Positions 39,710-50,532 of a stretch of DNA of 60,517 bases are shown piece by piece. The notes below the pieces were generated by a model that ran no database searches, was not told the origin of the DNA, and saw only the letters and a list, made by a program, of their open reading frames with translations. A program made the position numbers and the translations under genes. This stretch comes from an uncultured virus (IMG/VR IMGVR_UViG_3300032038_000020) (lineage: Duplodnaviria; Heunggongvirae; Uroviricota; Caudoviricetes): positions 62,001-122,517 of IMG/VR virus record IMGVR_UViG_3300032038_000020; one strand, 5' to 3'. Position 1 is the first letter of the stretch; every line of letters starts with the position of its first letter.

Positions 39710-42015
39710 TGTACAAAAAGATCATTCAGCATCTTCTCAATGGAGATGCCTCAGATCTTGTTCCTGAAACAATCAGGAACATCAACTCACATGTGGTGAG
39801 GTTTCTTAATCGAACCAATCTTGATCCACAGGAAGTTGAAATAGTGGGTGATATATTGCATATCAGCAATATCATCTACAACAACACGGATAGGAGTATC
39901 CTTGTACTTGAAGACGGAGTATATGATAATCTGCTTCAGATGTACAAGAGGTACAATCCTAATTATCAGGTTGGAGGAGAACCTGTACATTTTGCTCCTG
40001 TTGGAGAGACTGTCGTTAAAGAGACTCCACAACAGAGACCAGTACAACTCTTCCAAGAGATGCACTACGATAAAGATATGCTCTTCAGAAAAGATATAGC
40101 GTCTAACAACACATATCGAAGAGCAGACTTTGGTGGAGAAGACGTTAAAGCATCAAAACGACTCCGCAATACTGCACACAACTATCCACAGCTCGTGGGT
40201 ACTCTTGATAAGGCTAAGTTTACGCTCAATCAGGAGGCAGTAGAAAGAAATGCTTGGAACAATCCAAACGTTGTAATCTTCGAAAGAGATTTCCTCGCTA
40301 AACACATCCAGGAGGGTATAGTTGATCCTAACAATATATCCCTTGTTTGTGAGCTCAAGTATGATGGAATCTCAGTGGAAGCAGATGTAACCGATGAGGT
40401 TGTGTCTGCAAGAACTAGAGGAGACACTGGAATGGATAAGGCTACAGACCTTACTTCAGTCTTCCAGGGTTATCCGTTCATGGAAGCAAAAGAATATGCT
40501 AAAAAGGTAGGTCCTATAAAGCAGTTTGGTATGAAGTTTGAAGCTATAGTAGACAACTTTGCTTTACAGGAACTTGATAGAAAGCATAATATAAGATATG
40601 TGAGCTCTCGTAATGCAGTAATCGGTCTCACTAGTAGAGCTGATGCACGTATGTATGCTCATTATATCACTCTCGTCCCTCTTCAGACAAGTCTTGAGAA
40701 TATGAATAGGGTAGAAGAGATTGCGTTTATGAACAAGTTCTATGCTAACGGCATCTACTTAAGTCATGCTGTTATACATGGAAATTATCAATCCGTTTTG
40801 TATCAGGTATATAAGTTCGTTCAGGAAGCAGAACAGATGAGAGACTATATCCCATTCAAGTATGATGGTATAGTTGTCTCTTATATAGATCCTGTAATAA
40901 GAACTGCACTTGGTAGAAAGAACTTTGTCAATCAGTTCTCCATAGCTATCAAGTTCAATACTATGAAGAAACTTACCCAGTTCATCGGTTATGACTATAC
41001 TGTTGGTAAGGACGGAACAATAACTCCGATGATAAACTACAATCCAGTAGAATTCTTCGGAGGTATAAACACGAAGTCTTCTGGACACTCATGGAAACGT
41101 TTCTTCGAGCTTGGTCTTCGTAAAGGAGATTGGCTCCAGGCTGAGTTCAGGAACGATGTCATGGTCTATATAGAGAAGGCTAACGTGGAAGAGAATCAGT
41201 ACAATCCTATGCCAATGGAACAGTTCCCCAGTAATTGCCCGTGTTGTGGTACGAAGTTGGTGTTCAGCGATAAGAATGCCAAGTGTATCAACTTAGCGTG
41301 TCCTGGAAGGGTTTTAGCTAGAGTAACAGACATGCTCGCTAAGCTAGGTTTTAAGGGATTCGCCGAGGAGAGTGTTAAGAAGCTTGAACTCAAAGGATTT
41401 GATGACCTCGTAAACGGAATGTCAGAGGAGAGAATTATCAAAGCTCTCGGTAAAGCAGATGGTCAGGACTTTATGGAACAACTCTCTAAGTTCCTGACAG
41501 ATCCACAGTTCGACTATATAGTACTTGGAAGCCTCGGCTTCTCATCTATAGCCTCAACAAAGTGGAAAGGAATACTCCAAAAGGTTTCATTGGATGAGCT
41601 CATAAATCTTGACAATATGACCTTATCCACTATAATGCAATCGAAGCCTAACAAGATAGGTACAAAGACGATTCAGACTGTCCTCGAAGAGAGGCCAATC
41701 TTTATCAATGATTTGATAGCAATCAAGAATCTCAGGAATCTTGTATCTATCAAAGATAACAAGAACGGAACAACTTCTAAGATAATCAGATTCAGTGGAT
41801 GTAGAGACGTTCAACTCATGATGGCTCTCAACAAGCTGGGGCATGATTGTTCAGAAGGATCTGTTACAAAGAACACAAACATTCTCTTAGTCCCATATAT
41901 GGGATTCAACAGCACCAAAGTTGCATCTGCTTCAAAGTATAACAGCAATGGTGCTTTCATTCGCATACTGCCTATAGAAGAATTCAGAAAGAACCCAAAC
42001 GCGTTCCTTCAGTAA
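39709..42015 (+). CDS. ligA: NAD-dependent DNA ligase
   Basis: ELKYDG, TRGD, YDGIV, AIKF, VGKDGTITP, CPCC Zn finger, BRCT-like VTKNTNILL. Confidence 0.92.
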   Translation: MYKKIIQHLLNGDASDLVPETIRNINSHVVRFLNRTNLDPQEVEIVGDILHISNIIYNNTDRSILVLEDGVYDNLLQMYKRYNPNYQVGGEPVHFAPVGETVVKETPQQRPVQLFQEMHYDKDMLFRKDIASNNTYRRADFGGEDVKASKRLRNTAHNYPQLVGTLDKAKFTLNQEAVERNAWNNPNVVIFERDFLAKHIQEGIVDPNNISLVCELKYDGISVEADVTDEVVSARTRGDTGMDKATDLTSVFQGYPFMEAKEYAKKVGPIKQFGMKFEAIVDNFALQELDRKHNIRYVSSRNAVIGLTSRADARMYAHYITLVPLQTSLENMNRVEEIAFMNKFYANGIYLSHAVIHGNYQSVLYQVYKFVQEAEQMRDYIPFKYDGIVVSYIDPVIRTALGRKNFVNQFSIAIKFNTMKKLTQFIGYDYTVGKDGTITPMINYNPVEFFGGINTKSSGHSWKRFFELGLRKGDWLQAEFRNDVMVYIEKANVEENQYNPMPMEQFPSNCPCCGTKLVFSDKNAKCINLACPGRVLARVTDMLAKLGFKGFAEESVKKLELKGFDDLVNGMSEERIIKALGKADGQDFMEQLSKFLTDPQFDYIVLGSLGFSSIASTKWKGILQKVSLDELINLDNMTLSTIMQSKPNKIGTKTIQTVLEERPIFINDLIAIKNLRNLVSIKDNKNGTTSKIIRFSGCRDVQLMMALNKLGHDCSEGSVTKNTNILLVPYMGFNSTKVASASKYNSNGAFIRILPIEEFRKNPNAFLQ

Positions 42016-42115
42016 GAAAATATAGGCTGTTAAACATGATTATAAGCATATACTATGCTTATGTACGGGACGACGAGTCCTGTAATATTATAAACTTTTC
42101 AAGGAGGTTTTCACT

Positions 42116-42877
42116 ATGAAAACAATGGAACTCAGAGACACTAATATGCCACAGCTTTTCAGAAGCTCACTCATCAGCGAGCTTACTGGCAGTGGCACAA
42201 ATGGAAATGCAATTCACTTCGTAATCAGTGACACAACTAATGAAAAGGATCAGCGCAATGACAGCGTATATCCTTTCACTGCAGTCATAGCAGCTTGTGC
42301 TCGTATCATGAGTGCAGATGCTATGAAGAGCAAAGACCACAAGACCGCACTCGTATTCTCCGATCCTAAGGGCGCAGGAAGCATGCTTATGGCTTGCATT
42401 TCTGAGTGGATCCCTGAAGGAGACGACGGAAACTACAATTTCTACTTCTCCTTCGACCCTGAAGACATCAAGGGTATTCCTGAGGACGCAATCAAGCCGT
42501 TCTATGATATCCAGGCTATAATGCCTTGGGGTCCTACTCTGAGGGATGTACTTACTAACGTACATTGCCGCAGAATCGACGACCTTGAGATTCTCAACGG
42601 AATCACAATCCTGGTCGTAAAGACTATCTGCAACTGGCTCGATTCAAACGCCAACGAGTCAGAAACAGTCAATGTCGAATTCAAAGACAGTACTGTATAT
42701 GATGCAGAGCTCACGGCAGAAGGCGCACCTAACCCGATCGACTTCGAGACATACAAGTCACACTGGGTAACTTATGCTACCGCTACAGTATCTGTAGAGC
42801 GCGGCATCAAGAAGAAGACCATGACCTTCGGCGAAGAGATGAAGGCTATCGCTAAGGGAAATGCAGATCTCACTTGA
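42116..42877 (+). CDS. hypothetical protein
   Basis: 253 aa, AAGGAGG RBS. Confidence 0.8.
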   Translation: MKTMELRDTNMPQLFRSSLISELTGSGTNGNAIHFVISDTTNEKDQRNDSVYPFTAVIAACARIMSADAMKSKDHKTALVFSDPKGAGSMLMACISEWIPEGDDGNYNFYFSFDPEDIKGIPEDAIKPFYDIQAIMPWGPTLRDVLTNVHCRRIDDLEILNGITILVVKTICNWLDSNANESETVNVEFKDSTVYDAELTAEGAPNPIDFETYKSHWVTYATATVSVERGIKKKTMTFGEEMKAIAKGNADLT

Positions 42878-42950
42878 TTGTCGAGGTTAGCTAATCATAG
42901 TAATCGGGGAGTTCGCTCCCCGATTATTTTTAAGAGGAGGAGAGTATAAG

Positions 42951-43637
42951 ATGTTACACCCAATAAACCAGGCTTACGTAAACGGCGTCAGAGTCGATGT
43001 CGTAAGTCCATCAGAATACTTCTACAACCAAGAGTTGTACGATCCGAAAACGACGTGCATCATGATGGAGAATGTGGATTATATTCTCCCAATTCGTACG
43101 TCTAATGTTGACCTTAACGTTCCTGGTTTCTATGTAACGCCAGGAGTCTATGGTCCTGGAGCTAGTCCGTTCATTCCTATAGTACCTCCAACTAAGAATG
43201 AAATGGAAACGTACTCCACAAAAAACATTGTAGATTTCTCCAACGTGTCATCAATGTCTGAATATCTCGCCGCTAATGCAGAGCTGGTTGAACAGGAGAG
43301 AAAAGCCTTCCTGTCGGATCAGCCAGATGATGTGGTGAGACTAATCATAGATGAGGTGTCCGATACACCTCTGATGATATTATGCAAAAGCATTATCAAT
43401 AGCAAGTTTGTTACCTCGAAGTTCCTCGAGAATAGAATGGGTAACAACTACAACAACAACATGCGTCTGCTGAAGAATAAGAACGATATCTCCTACAACA
43501 AAGCAGTTGAGATACTCAACTGTATCGATGTAAAGATAACGGCTACGGCAGACAATGCAATCAGCTCGGCTGTATATCCAATGCAGTCTCCTATCACATA
43601 CGATCTCAACTCAGGTATAAATGGGGGGTGTTTCTGA
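42951..43637 (+). CDS. hypothetical protein with possible C-terminal HTH
   Basis: NNMRLLK...ISYNKAVEILNCIDVKI resembles an XRE-type tail; translationally coupled to the RNAP gene. Confidence 0.55.
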   Translation: MLHPINQAYVNGVRVDVVSPSEYFYNQELYDPKTTCIMMENVDYILPIRTSNVDLNVPGFYVTPGVYGPGASPFIPIVPPTKNEMETYSTKNIVDFSNVSSMSEYLAANAELVEQERKAFLSDQPDDVVRLIIDEVSDTPLMILCKSIINSKFVTSKFLENRMGNNYNNNMRLLKNKNDISYNKAVEILNCIDVKITATADNAISSAVYPMQSPITYDLNSGINGGCF

Positions 43638-45424
43638 TGAGACCTTTAGAATGGGACGGTAAATGCTATCAGATGTATCCCAATCAGAGATCTATGATAG
43701 CAGTATACAACGAAACTCACAGAGCTCCGTTCAATGACGATCTGTTTAAGAGAGACGTTAATGATATCATTAGTTGTCTCAAGAATATCATACTCTCTGC
43801 TCAGAGAGATGAATTCTTCAAGATACAGGTTACTGGCTTCAGAGAGATAACTTCATATGCTGAAGTTCAGGAACGTCTTAGAGCACTCGAATCGAACTCT
43901 AACAACAAGAGAAAGAGATTCAATGAGTACGAGTATATCAATCTCAAACCATCAAGTGTCATGCTTCTCGAAGTTCTGTATCATCTCGAAACAGAAGAAG
44001 AGAAGTGTGATACTTCGGTTATAATACAGGTACCTATAGTCGTTGATAAGTATTACTTCAAGATCAACGGCTGTAAGTATTCGGCGCAGTACCAGATAGT
44101 GGATGCGTCTACCTACAATAACACTAGCATGGGATCTGCAAAGGTCCCTGCAGTGTTTATGAAGTCAGCATTCTCAAGAACTGTTGTGCATCGTATGGAG
44201 AAGAAGCTTACCACAATCGATAAGGAAACCATACCTTGTATGCAGTTTGTATGTGACATCTTCGCTAATAAGATATCTGCTGAGAAGTTCATACTCTGTA
44301 AGTTCGGTCTTAACAGAGGTATAGAGTTTCTCAATCTTCATGATATCGGATACACTAGTGAAGCCACACTTGATGAGAAGTACTATTACTTCCCTACAGA
44401 GATCCCAGGAGTCAATGTGTATTGTCCTAAGTTTCTTTACGACAACAACTACATGTATCAGAGCATGTGTTACTGTCTCGTGAAGAATGCTGTTCAGAGT
44501 TACACATTAGCGGATCTCTATACTGAAGACTACTGGCTGGAGTCTCAGGGTGCTGAGCTTAAGACCAGAACCAAATTCAAAGGTATGTCATTCAGAGAAT
44601 CGTTTGAAGTCTCTATAGACAATAACACATATGATCACCTCAGGGTATCAGATGAGTATAAGAAGAGAGACGCTTATACAGTTCTCAGATGGATACTTCA
44701 GAACCATGCAGCATTGTTGCTCAAGGACAACACAAACATTGCTGCTAAGCGAGTAAGATTTGGTGAGTATATAGCGGTTCATTATGCTAGAAAGCTTGCT
44801 AACAATATCAAGCGTGTAGCTAATGCAGCTAACAAGGTATCGATGAAGAAGCTCAAACAGATCATTGGTATCAAACATCACTATCTTATCGATCAGCTTA
44901 AGAGTAGTTGTACTCTCGTCACCTATAACAACATGGTTAATGATGACGATGCTATAGTACCACTCTCTTATTCATTCAAAGGCATCTCAGGTATTGGAGA
45001 GAACAAGACATCTGCAGTACAGACTAAGTATAAACTTGTTAACCCAAGTCATCTTGGTCGTCTGGATATGACTGATTCTTCTAACAGTGATCCTGGAATG
45101 TCTGGTACACTTGTACCTTATGCAAAGCTCTACGAGGGTGGATATCTTAGCGATTTCCACGAACCTTGTAAGGGACGTGATGATCTGGATAAGCTCTATG
45201 AAGAGTACAAACAGCTTAACGGAATTGTTGAGCTCGAGTTTGCTAAAAGTGCAATGCTTGGTAGAAGCAATTCAGATACCATCATGGAGTTAACCTCATA
45301 TAAAGAGCTCATGGATAAGATATCTAATGCTGCTCTGAATCTTAATGATCCTGTTGTAGATGTCGTCAGCGAACTCCCGTTAGTCGAAGACGGCTCTATT
45401 ACTATAGGAGCAATAGCAGCTTAA
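43637..45424 (+). CDS. RNA polymerase beta subunit, N-terminal half (putative non-virion RNAP)
   Basis: YFKINGCKYSAQYQI (RpoB FIINGxERVIVxQL), KRVRFGEYI, SFKGISG, VNPSHLGRLD...PGMSG. Confidence 0.82.
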   Translation: MRPLEWDGKCYQMYPNQRSMIAVYNETHRAPFNDDLFKRDVNDIISCLKNIILSAQRDEFFKIQVTGFREITSYAEVQERLRALESNSNNKRKRFNEYEYINLKPSSVMLLEVLYHLETEEEKCDTSVIIQVPIVVDKYYFKINGCKYSAQYQIVDASTYNNTSMGSAKVPAVFMKSAFSRTVVHRMEKKLTTIDKETIPCMQFVCDIFANKISAEKFILCKFGLNRGIEFLNLHDIGYTSEATLDEKYYYFPTEIPGVNVYCPKFLYDNNYMYQSMCYCLVKNAVQSYTLADLYTEDYWLESQGAELKTRTKFKGMSFRESFEVSIDNNTYDHLRVSDEYKKRDAYTVLRWILQNHAALLLKDNTNIAAKRVRFGEYIAVHYARKLANNIKRVANAANKVSMKKLKQIIGIKHHYLIDQLKSSCTLVTYNNMVNDDDAIVPLSYSFKGISGIGENKTSAVQTKYKLVNPSHLGRLDMTDSSNSDPGMSGTLVPYAKLYEGGYLSDFHEPCKGRDDLDKLYEEYKQLNGIVELEFAKSAMLGRSNSDTIMELTSYKELMDKISNAALNLNDPVVDVVSELPLVEDGSITIGAIAA

Positions 45425-45439
45425 AGGAGGTGAGAGGAA

Positions 45440-45682
45440 GTGGACATTTATACTCGCTACTTCCTCTTCTCCCAATCTCATTATGATAAGATCATGGAGA
45501 TTGAGAGAAGAGCAGGAAACAGAAACTACAAACCTGGTACAGTGCTGGTAGGAGGTTATTACAGACCTTTCACCGCTATGGAAACCAGACCAGAGAAGTA
45601 TACTCAGATACACGGAGACGCTAAAACCGTTCTGGTTGGAGATATTCGTAAAGTGAAGTATACTGATCCTGTAAAGGAGTAA
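45440..45682 (+). CDS. hypothetical protein
   Basis: 80 aa, AAAGGAGG RBS, GTG start. Confidence 0.7.
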   Translation: MDIYTRYFLFSQSHYDKIMEIERRAGNRNYKPGTVLVGGYYRPFTAMETRPEKYTQIHGDAKTVLVGDIRKVKYTDPVKE

Positions 45683-45687
45683 TCGAT

Positions 45688-46095
45688 ATGGAAACAGAAC
45701 CTTTATTCAAAGTGATCAACATCGGCGAGTGTCCATGTTGCGGACAGGATGGTAAGATAACTGTCAAGTTCCGCAATACAGAATACGTGACACTCAATAA
45801 GAATGGAAGAGTAACCAAATGGTCTGATGTTCAGAACCATATTGGAACTGCTTTCTGTGGTACATGTATGCAAAGGTTTGGTGCTATCAACTTGAGCGAT
45901 CTTGTTGGAATACCTGGGCTGGTACGTGTAGTACCGCTCGAGCATGTTAAAGATATCGCTTTGAGTTACCTCAAAGTCTATGCTAAGGATGAGTTTGAAG
46001 CTGCTGGAGAGAATCCATTAGTTTGTAAAACAATGACCGAAGCAGAGGATGCCGAGGAAGCTAGACAGCATATGGTAGACGTATCATATTTCTAA
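45688..46095 (+). CDS. Zn-ribbon protein
   Basis: CPCC...CGTC. Confidence 0.7.
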   Translation: METEPLFKVINIGECPCCGQDGKITVKFRNTEYVTLNKNGRVTKWSDVQNHIGTAFCGTCMQRFGAINLSDLVGIPGLVRVVPLEHVKDIALSYLKVYAKDEFEAAGENPLVCKTMTEAEDAEEARQHMVDVSYF

Positions 46096-46114
46096 TTACA
46101 AGGAGGACTCCACC

Positions 46115-48679
46115 ATGGAGAATCGCATTAAAGTAGAGGATGAGGTAAAGAATAGAGGAGGATTCAGAGATGAATCCTCCAAGCTTTATGTCGTAATCAA
46201 CGGAAGCTATGTCTTTCTCTTCCCAGAAGAAGAGTTCGATAAGCTCAATTCTATCGACAGAAAAATTGTATGGGATACTGTAGACTACGTCTTACAGAAC
46301 TCCCTTACCAACAAAGAAGGTGATACTGAATACACCTTCGACATGTTCGATCTCATGAAGATATCTCATACTGTCGTACTTCCGCCTATAACACTCAAGG
46401 TTGATATAAGCAGTGATGATGATGTATCTGGAGATGAGTTCAATACATTATACAACGACACACCATACCATGTACACTCAATGGTAATGAAGAAAGCTGG
46501 AGAGTATACAGTGTATGTAAACAGAACTGTCTACGATGGTCTCTCTGAAGAAGACAAGGATACCATATGTGATAACGTAGGATCAATAGCATGGAGTGGC
46601 TGTGATAAGCACGTATGGTTTATAGAGTCTAACACAGACTTCATGAACTTCTCCAATATCATATTCGTCGATATCAAACCTAACTACGCAAGAAGGTTTG
46701 TTCTTGATGAAATAGAAGAATATGGAGGGTTCAAAGACGATAAGACTGATGAGTATGTGATTTATCAGTATCCTTGCACGTTTATCTTTCCCGAATGGTT
46801 CGAGAATGTCGACAAGTCGTGTAGAGAGAATATATACTACATATGTCATAAGATATCTCAAGACGAAAATCGTCCATCGAGTAACAGCACCAATAGCTAT
46901 ACTTATAAGTGGGACGATATCATGTCGTGTATGCCAATATACTACACTCCAAGAAAGGCATATAGTGGCGATGCGTTAGGGCAGCTCATAGACCGTCAGA
47001 ACAGCGATCAGAATAAACGCGAAACACTTCTTTTCGATACAGAGGAGAACGACTACTATGTCAATCTTAAGTCGTGCGTGTCAAGATTACAGTTACATAT
47101 TAAACGCGACGTATGGGACAAGTTGTTTTTGTTCTCTAGCAACAATAGCTATAATCTTAGCAAAGAAAACATCTTCAATGCTTTCACCAACGTCATCAAA
47201 ACATTCTCTCAGAATGCAGAGAATGGATACGATTGGTCGTTAGACACGTTAGATTCAGTATCGTTCTTCATCAAAGCTGCTTTAGATACTCCTTTAACTC
47301 TTAGATCCAACAGAGTTGAATGTAATACATACTTTGAGCAGACAAGAGAGGGTAAGATTGTATTGAACGTAGATACATTCAACTTCGATACAGGTAAGAT
47401 TGAAGCATGCTGCTTTTATATAGGAACTGGTGACTTCTTCAGTGTCATAGATGAAGCCACTAAATCAGATATCATCGTTGAAGCTAAGAGGGTAGCTTGT
47501 CTCTCCGCAAAGGAAAGATGCGAAGAATTCAATACCTTCCCGATAGACTGTAAGGTATTCTATCTTGGATCTGAACGTAAGTTTACACCGTATAAACCTG
47601 AACCTATCATTGATACTCAGCTTCCTTGTATGAACACAAGTCTTCATTCTATTCAAGGAAGAATGAATATATACGTCACTATGAACGATGAGATAGTCAA
47701 GGAGAATATATATGACGACAACTACAGAGGTGAAAGATGTAAGATCCTGAAGTTTACCTCTAAGCATAACGGCATATACTTCTTCTCTATATCATCCGAA
47801 GCATGGTCTATGCTTGACCAGACAATGGAAGATATGGTCGTCACAAAAGCAAGAATCATATCCAAGTCTGGATGCAGTAACCAAGTATGGTATTTGAACT
47901 CTGTCACAGCTGTGGAAGAGTTCATTAATATACCTATAGTAGACGAGAAGAATCTTCTCGGTCTCAACAACACAAACCCTAATCCCAACCCAATCAAGGA
48001 GGAAAACACCATGTTTAACAAATTCCCATTCAAGAAGAACGACAACGACAACCTTCCTAAGAAGGAAGCCAACAGCCCTGCTATGCCTACTCCAGAGCAG
48101 GCAAAAGTTATCATGGATGCTATGTGTGCATGCCAGACAGATATCTCTCAGTATGCTGAAGATATGAGACGTGACAGAGCAAGAGCTAATGCTACAATGG
48201 CTAGAGCTATTCTCACTCACGGTATTCTGACAGATGACTCAATGATTGACAGAAACTTCCTTCTCCCGAAGGACGTCAAGTATCCTTATGCTACAAGAAT
48301 GCTTGATGGTGAGCTCGTTGTAGTTACTAACGGTAAGCCAGCATCAGATCAGGTTCTTACTACAATAAACTCTGTTCCTGTTACCAATCTTCAGGACTAT
48401 GCAAACATTCTCGGAACTCTCAACCTGGTTAAAGAACAGTCTGCTGATCATGGTCTTACAGCCGAAGAAGCAGCTTCTATAGTTACTAACTATATAGGTT
48501 GTCGTGACCAGGCTCTTCTGAACATGCTCCAGGATACTAACAGCCTCGAGAAGGTTATAGGAGAGAAAACTGTTAAGGATATTGAGAACACTGAGTTTAG
48601 TAATCTCATGATTACTACATCTCCTACTGTAATGAGGTATATCACTATTGAACCTGTCGATGAGGACAGCAAGAAGTGA
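46115..48679 (+). CDS. large hypothetical protein with internal repeats and a C-terminal domain paralogous to the next gene
   Basis: GGFRDE..YVV...FLFPE / GGFKDD..YVI...FIFPE repeats; NSVPVTNLQDYANI shared with 48863..49570. Confidence 0.8.
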   Translation: MENRIKVEDEVKNRGGFRDESSKLYVVINGSYVFLFPEEEFDKLNSIDRKIVWDTVDYVLQNSLTNKEGDTEYTFDMFDLMKISHTVVLPPITLKVDISSDDDVSGDEFNTLYNDTPYHVHSMVMKKAGEYTVYVNRTVYDGLSEEDKDTICDNVGSIAWSGCDKHVWFIESNTDFMNFSNIIFVDIKPNYARRFVLDEIEEYGGFKDDKTDEYVIYQYPCTFIFPEWFENVDKSCRENIYYICHKISQDENRPSSNSTNSYTYKWDDIMSCMPIYYTPRKAYSGDALGQLIDRQNSDQNKRETLLFDTEENDYYVNLKSCVSRLQLHIKRDVWDKLFLFSSNNSYNLSKENIFNAFTNVIKTFSQNAENGYDWSLDTLDSVSFFIKAALDTPLTLRSNRVECNTYFEQTREGKIVLNVDTFNFDTGKIEACCFYIGTGDFFSVIDEATKSDIIVEAKRVACLSAKERCEEFNTFPIDCKVFYLGSERKFTPYKPEPIIDTQLPCMNTSLHSIQGRMNIYVTMNDEIVKENIYDDNYRGERCKILKFTSKHNGIYFFSISSEAWSMLDQTMEDMVVTKARIISKSGCSNQVWYLNSVTAVEEFINIPIVDEKNLLGLNNTNPNPNPIKEENTMFNKFPFKKNDNDNLPKKEANSPAMPTPEQAKVIMDAMCACQTDISQYAEDMRRDRARANATMARAILTHGILTDDSMIDRNFLLPKDVKYPYATRMLDGELVVVTNGKPASDQVLTTINSVPVTNLQDYANILGTLNLVKEQSADHGLTAEEAASIVTNYIGCRDQALLNMLQDTNSLEKVIGEKTVKDIENTEFSNLMITTSPTVMRYITIEPVDEDSKK

Positions 48680-48693
48680 TAATAGTATTACCC

Positions 48694-48842
48694 TTTTGAT
48701 GAATGGCGGCTCGGTGAGTAGAATCACCGAGCCTGTTATTCCGATTATTCCAATTTAATTGTAAATTATGATAAGGAAACAACATTATATTGAGCGGAAG
48801 TGAATAAACACCCGTGCTTCCGCATAAGCCATTCATCCAAAA
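48694..48842 (+). ncRNA. candidate four-way-junction structured RNA or leader
   Basis: GAUGAAUGGC/GCCAUUCAUC closes GGCUCGGUGA/UCACCGAGCC, UGUU-UUCC/GGAA-AACA and GCGGAAGU/GCUUCCGC arms. Confidence 0.55.
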
Positions 48843-48862
48843 TTAATTAGGAGGTTAACACT

Positions 48863-49570
48863 ATGAACGACACAAACAACATCGACTTCAACCGTATGAT
48901 CTCTTTCAAAAAGAGAATAGGACGTCCAAGCGACTCAACAGACTTCTTCGAAGATGAGCCTGGTCAGGAAACAGAACAGGTATCTGTAGAAGTAATAGAG
49001 GAAGAAGATCCTCTCAAAAGAAAAATGATTGAATGTCAGGTAGACTTTCGTAAGTACTACTCAGACATGAAGCGTGAAAGAGATAAGGCTAACGTTGTAG
49101 TAGCCAGAGCTTTTCTCACAAACTCTATACTGACATCGAACATGATGAAACAGAACAACGTATATCTGCCTACTGGCGAAAACTTCTCGTCTGGTATAAG
49201 GGTATGCGACAATGAGTATGTCGCTGTTACTAATGGCGGCACTCCAGTCAGTCAGATTCTCGACAACACAAACTCTGTCCCAGTTACTAATCTTCAGGAC
49301 TATGCAAACATCATCAATTGCTACAACGAGAAGGATCCTGATTCAGACTATATAACTAAGCAGGAAGCGGCTTCTATAGCTACTAACTATATCACATTTC
49401 GTGATCAGTCTCTTCTCGATAGCGTAGTTAAGAATGGATGCATGGATCGTCTCATAGGTAAAGACACTATCAAGAAGATCAAGTGTACGGAAATAAACGA
49501 TCCTATGATAATCACTTCACCTACAATAAGAGCAAACTCGAAGATTCAGCAGGACAATGATGAGGATTGA
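48863..49570 (+). CDS. hypothetical protein, paralog of the C-terminal domain of 46115..48679
   Basis: Shared VTNG, NSVPVTNLQDYANI, EAASI.TNYI..RDQ.LL, MI.TSPT. Confidence 0.8.
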   Translation: MNDTNNIDFNRMISFKKRIGRPSDSTDFFEDEPGQETEQVSVEVIEEEDPLKRKMIECQVDFRKYYSDMKRERDKANVVVARAFLTNSILTSNMMKQNNVYLPTGENFSSGIRVCDNEYVAVTNGGTPVSQILDNTNSVPVTNLQDYANIINCYNEKDPDSDYITKQEAASIATNYITFRDQSLLDSVVKNGCMDRLIGKDTIKKIKCTEINDPMIITSPTIRANSKIQQDNDED

Positions 49571-49944
49571 TAAGAATGGACATTACTATTTACAGGGACA
49601 AGCCAGAGTATTTCAACAGGATCTGTACTGCTAATATAGTCTGGAATGCTCTGATCCCTCTTAACTACTACGAACCTGTGTTGTCAGTCAAAGACGTAGA
49701 GAATCAAGAAGACTATAAGAACAACTATGACGAGTCGATTGGTGTTCTTGAAAATCTCTTCAAAATGATGCAGATGACGACAGGAGACATAGTAGAAATC
49801 ACCAACTCGAACTCATGTGATGGCGTGTACTATTACAGATCTTATTGTTGGTACGAACTGAAAAGAGACGAGTTTGATATCAACTCTAAAAAGCTTGTAT
49901 GTGATATCGTACAGTGCCTAAGAATAGCCGAAGGGTGGAGGTAA
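49567..49944 (+). CDS. hypothetical protein
   Basis: 125 aa ORF overlapping previous stop. Confidence 0.7.
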   Translation: MIRMDITIYRDKPEYFNRICTANIVWNALIPLNYYEPVLSVKDVENQEDYKNNYDESIGVLENLFKMMQMTTGDIVEITNSNSCDGVYYYRSYCWYELKRDEFDINSKKLVCDIVQCLRIAEGWR

Positions 49945-49994
49945 TCCACCCTTCTTTTTTGTCAAACATATATGTAATAGGAAGGAGGAATCGT

Positions 49995-50429
49995 ATGGAT
50001 AACTTCATAACGTCTGTCTCCGAACTATTTCTTGGCAATGGTATAATCATATCATTAGCATGTCTCACAGTAGGTATGTTTCTTAAAGGTACCTTCAAGA
50101 AGTTCCCTAACAAGTATATCCCTTTTAGTAATGTCGTAGTCGCCATAGCTGCTGGATTCGCGATACCAGGAACTTTTGACGATAAAGACCCAGTGTCAAA
50201 GGTGATTATACTGGCATTCCTGGGACTGTCCTCTGTTGGCCTTTATGAGTCTCTCTGTGTAATTGTGAAGAAACGGTTCGATATAGACATTGCCGAGATC
50301 TTATCTCACTATGGGTCTGCCAGTGACCCTGATACTGGCGAAGATTCCAATGACGTTCTCCTGGATGCTACCACATCAGAGGAGATCGATATCCCAATCG
50401 ATCAATCCGAAGACGATGCGAAAACATGA
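49995..50429 (+). CDS. holin-like membrane protein
   Basis: Three hydrophobic segments, K...PNKYIP, GLSSVGLYE motif; late motif at 49965. Confidence 0.6.
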   Translation: MDNFITSVSELFLGNGIIISLACLTVGMFLKGTFKKFPNKYIPFSNVVVAIAAGFAIPGTFDDKDPVSKVIILAFLGLSSVGLYESLCVIVKKRFDIDIAEILSHYGSASDPDTGEDSNDVLLDATTSEEIDIPIDQSEDDAKT

Positions 50430-50532
50430 TCCTGGTGAATGAAATAACTGGTGCCCGAGGGAGCGCTCCCTCGGGCGTCATTCTCGTCTCTTACAGTAGG
50501 TGTAACCATCTAATGAAAGGAGATGATATATT

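Noticed and set aside
12611..42015. Bacterial chromosome origin (gyrA/B, recA, ligA, ftsZ-like, rpoB-like)
   Set aside because: Genes are highly diverged, rpoB is split and duplicated, and prohead protease and baseplate genes are interspersed
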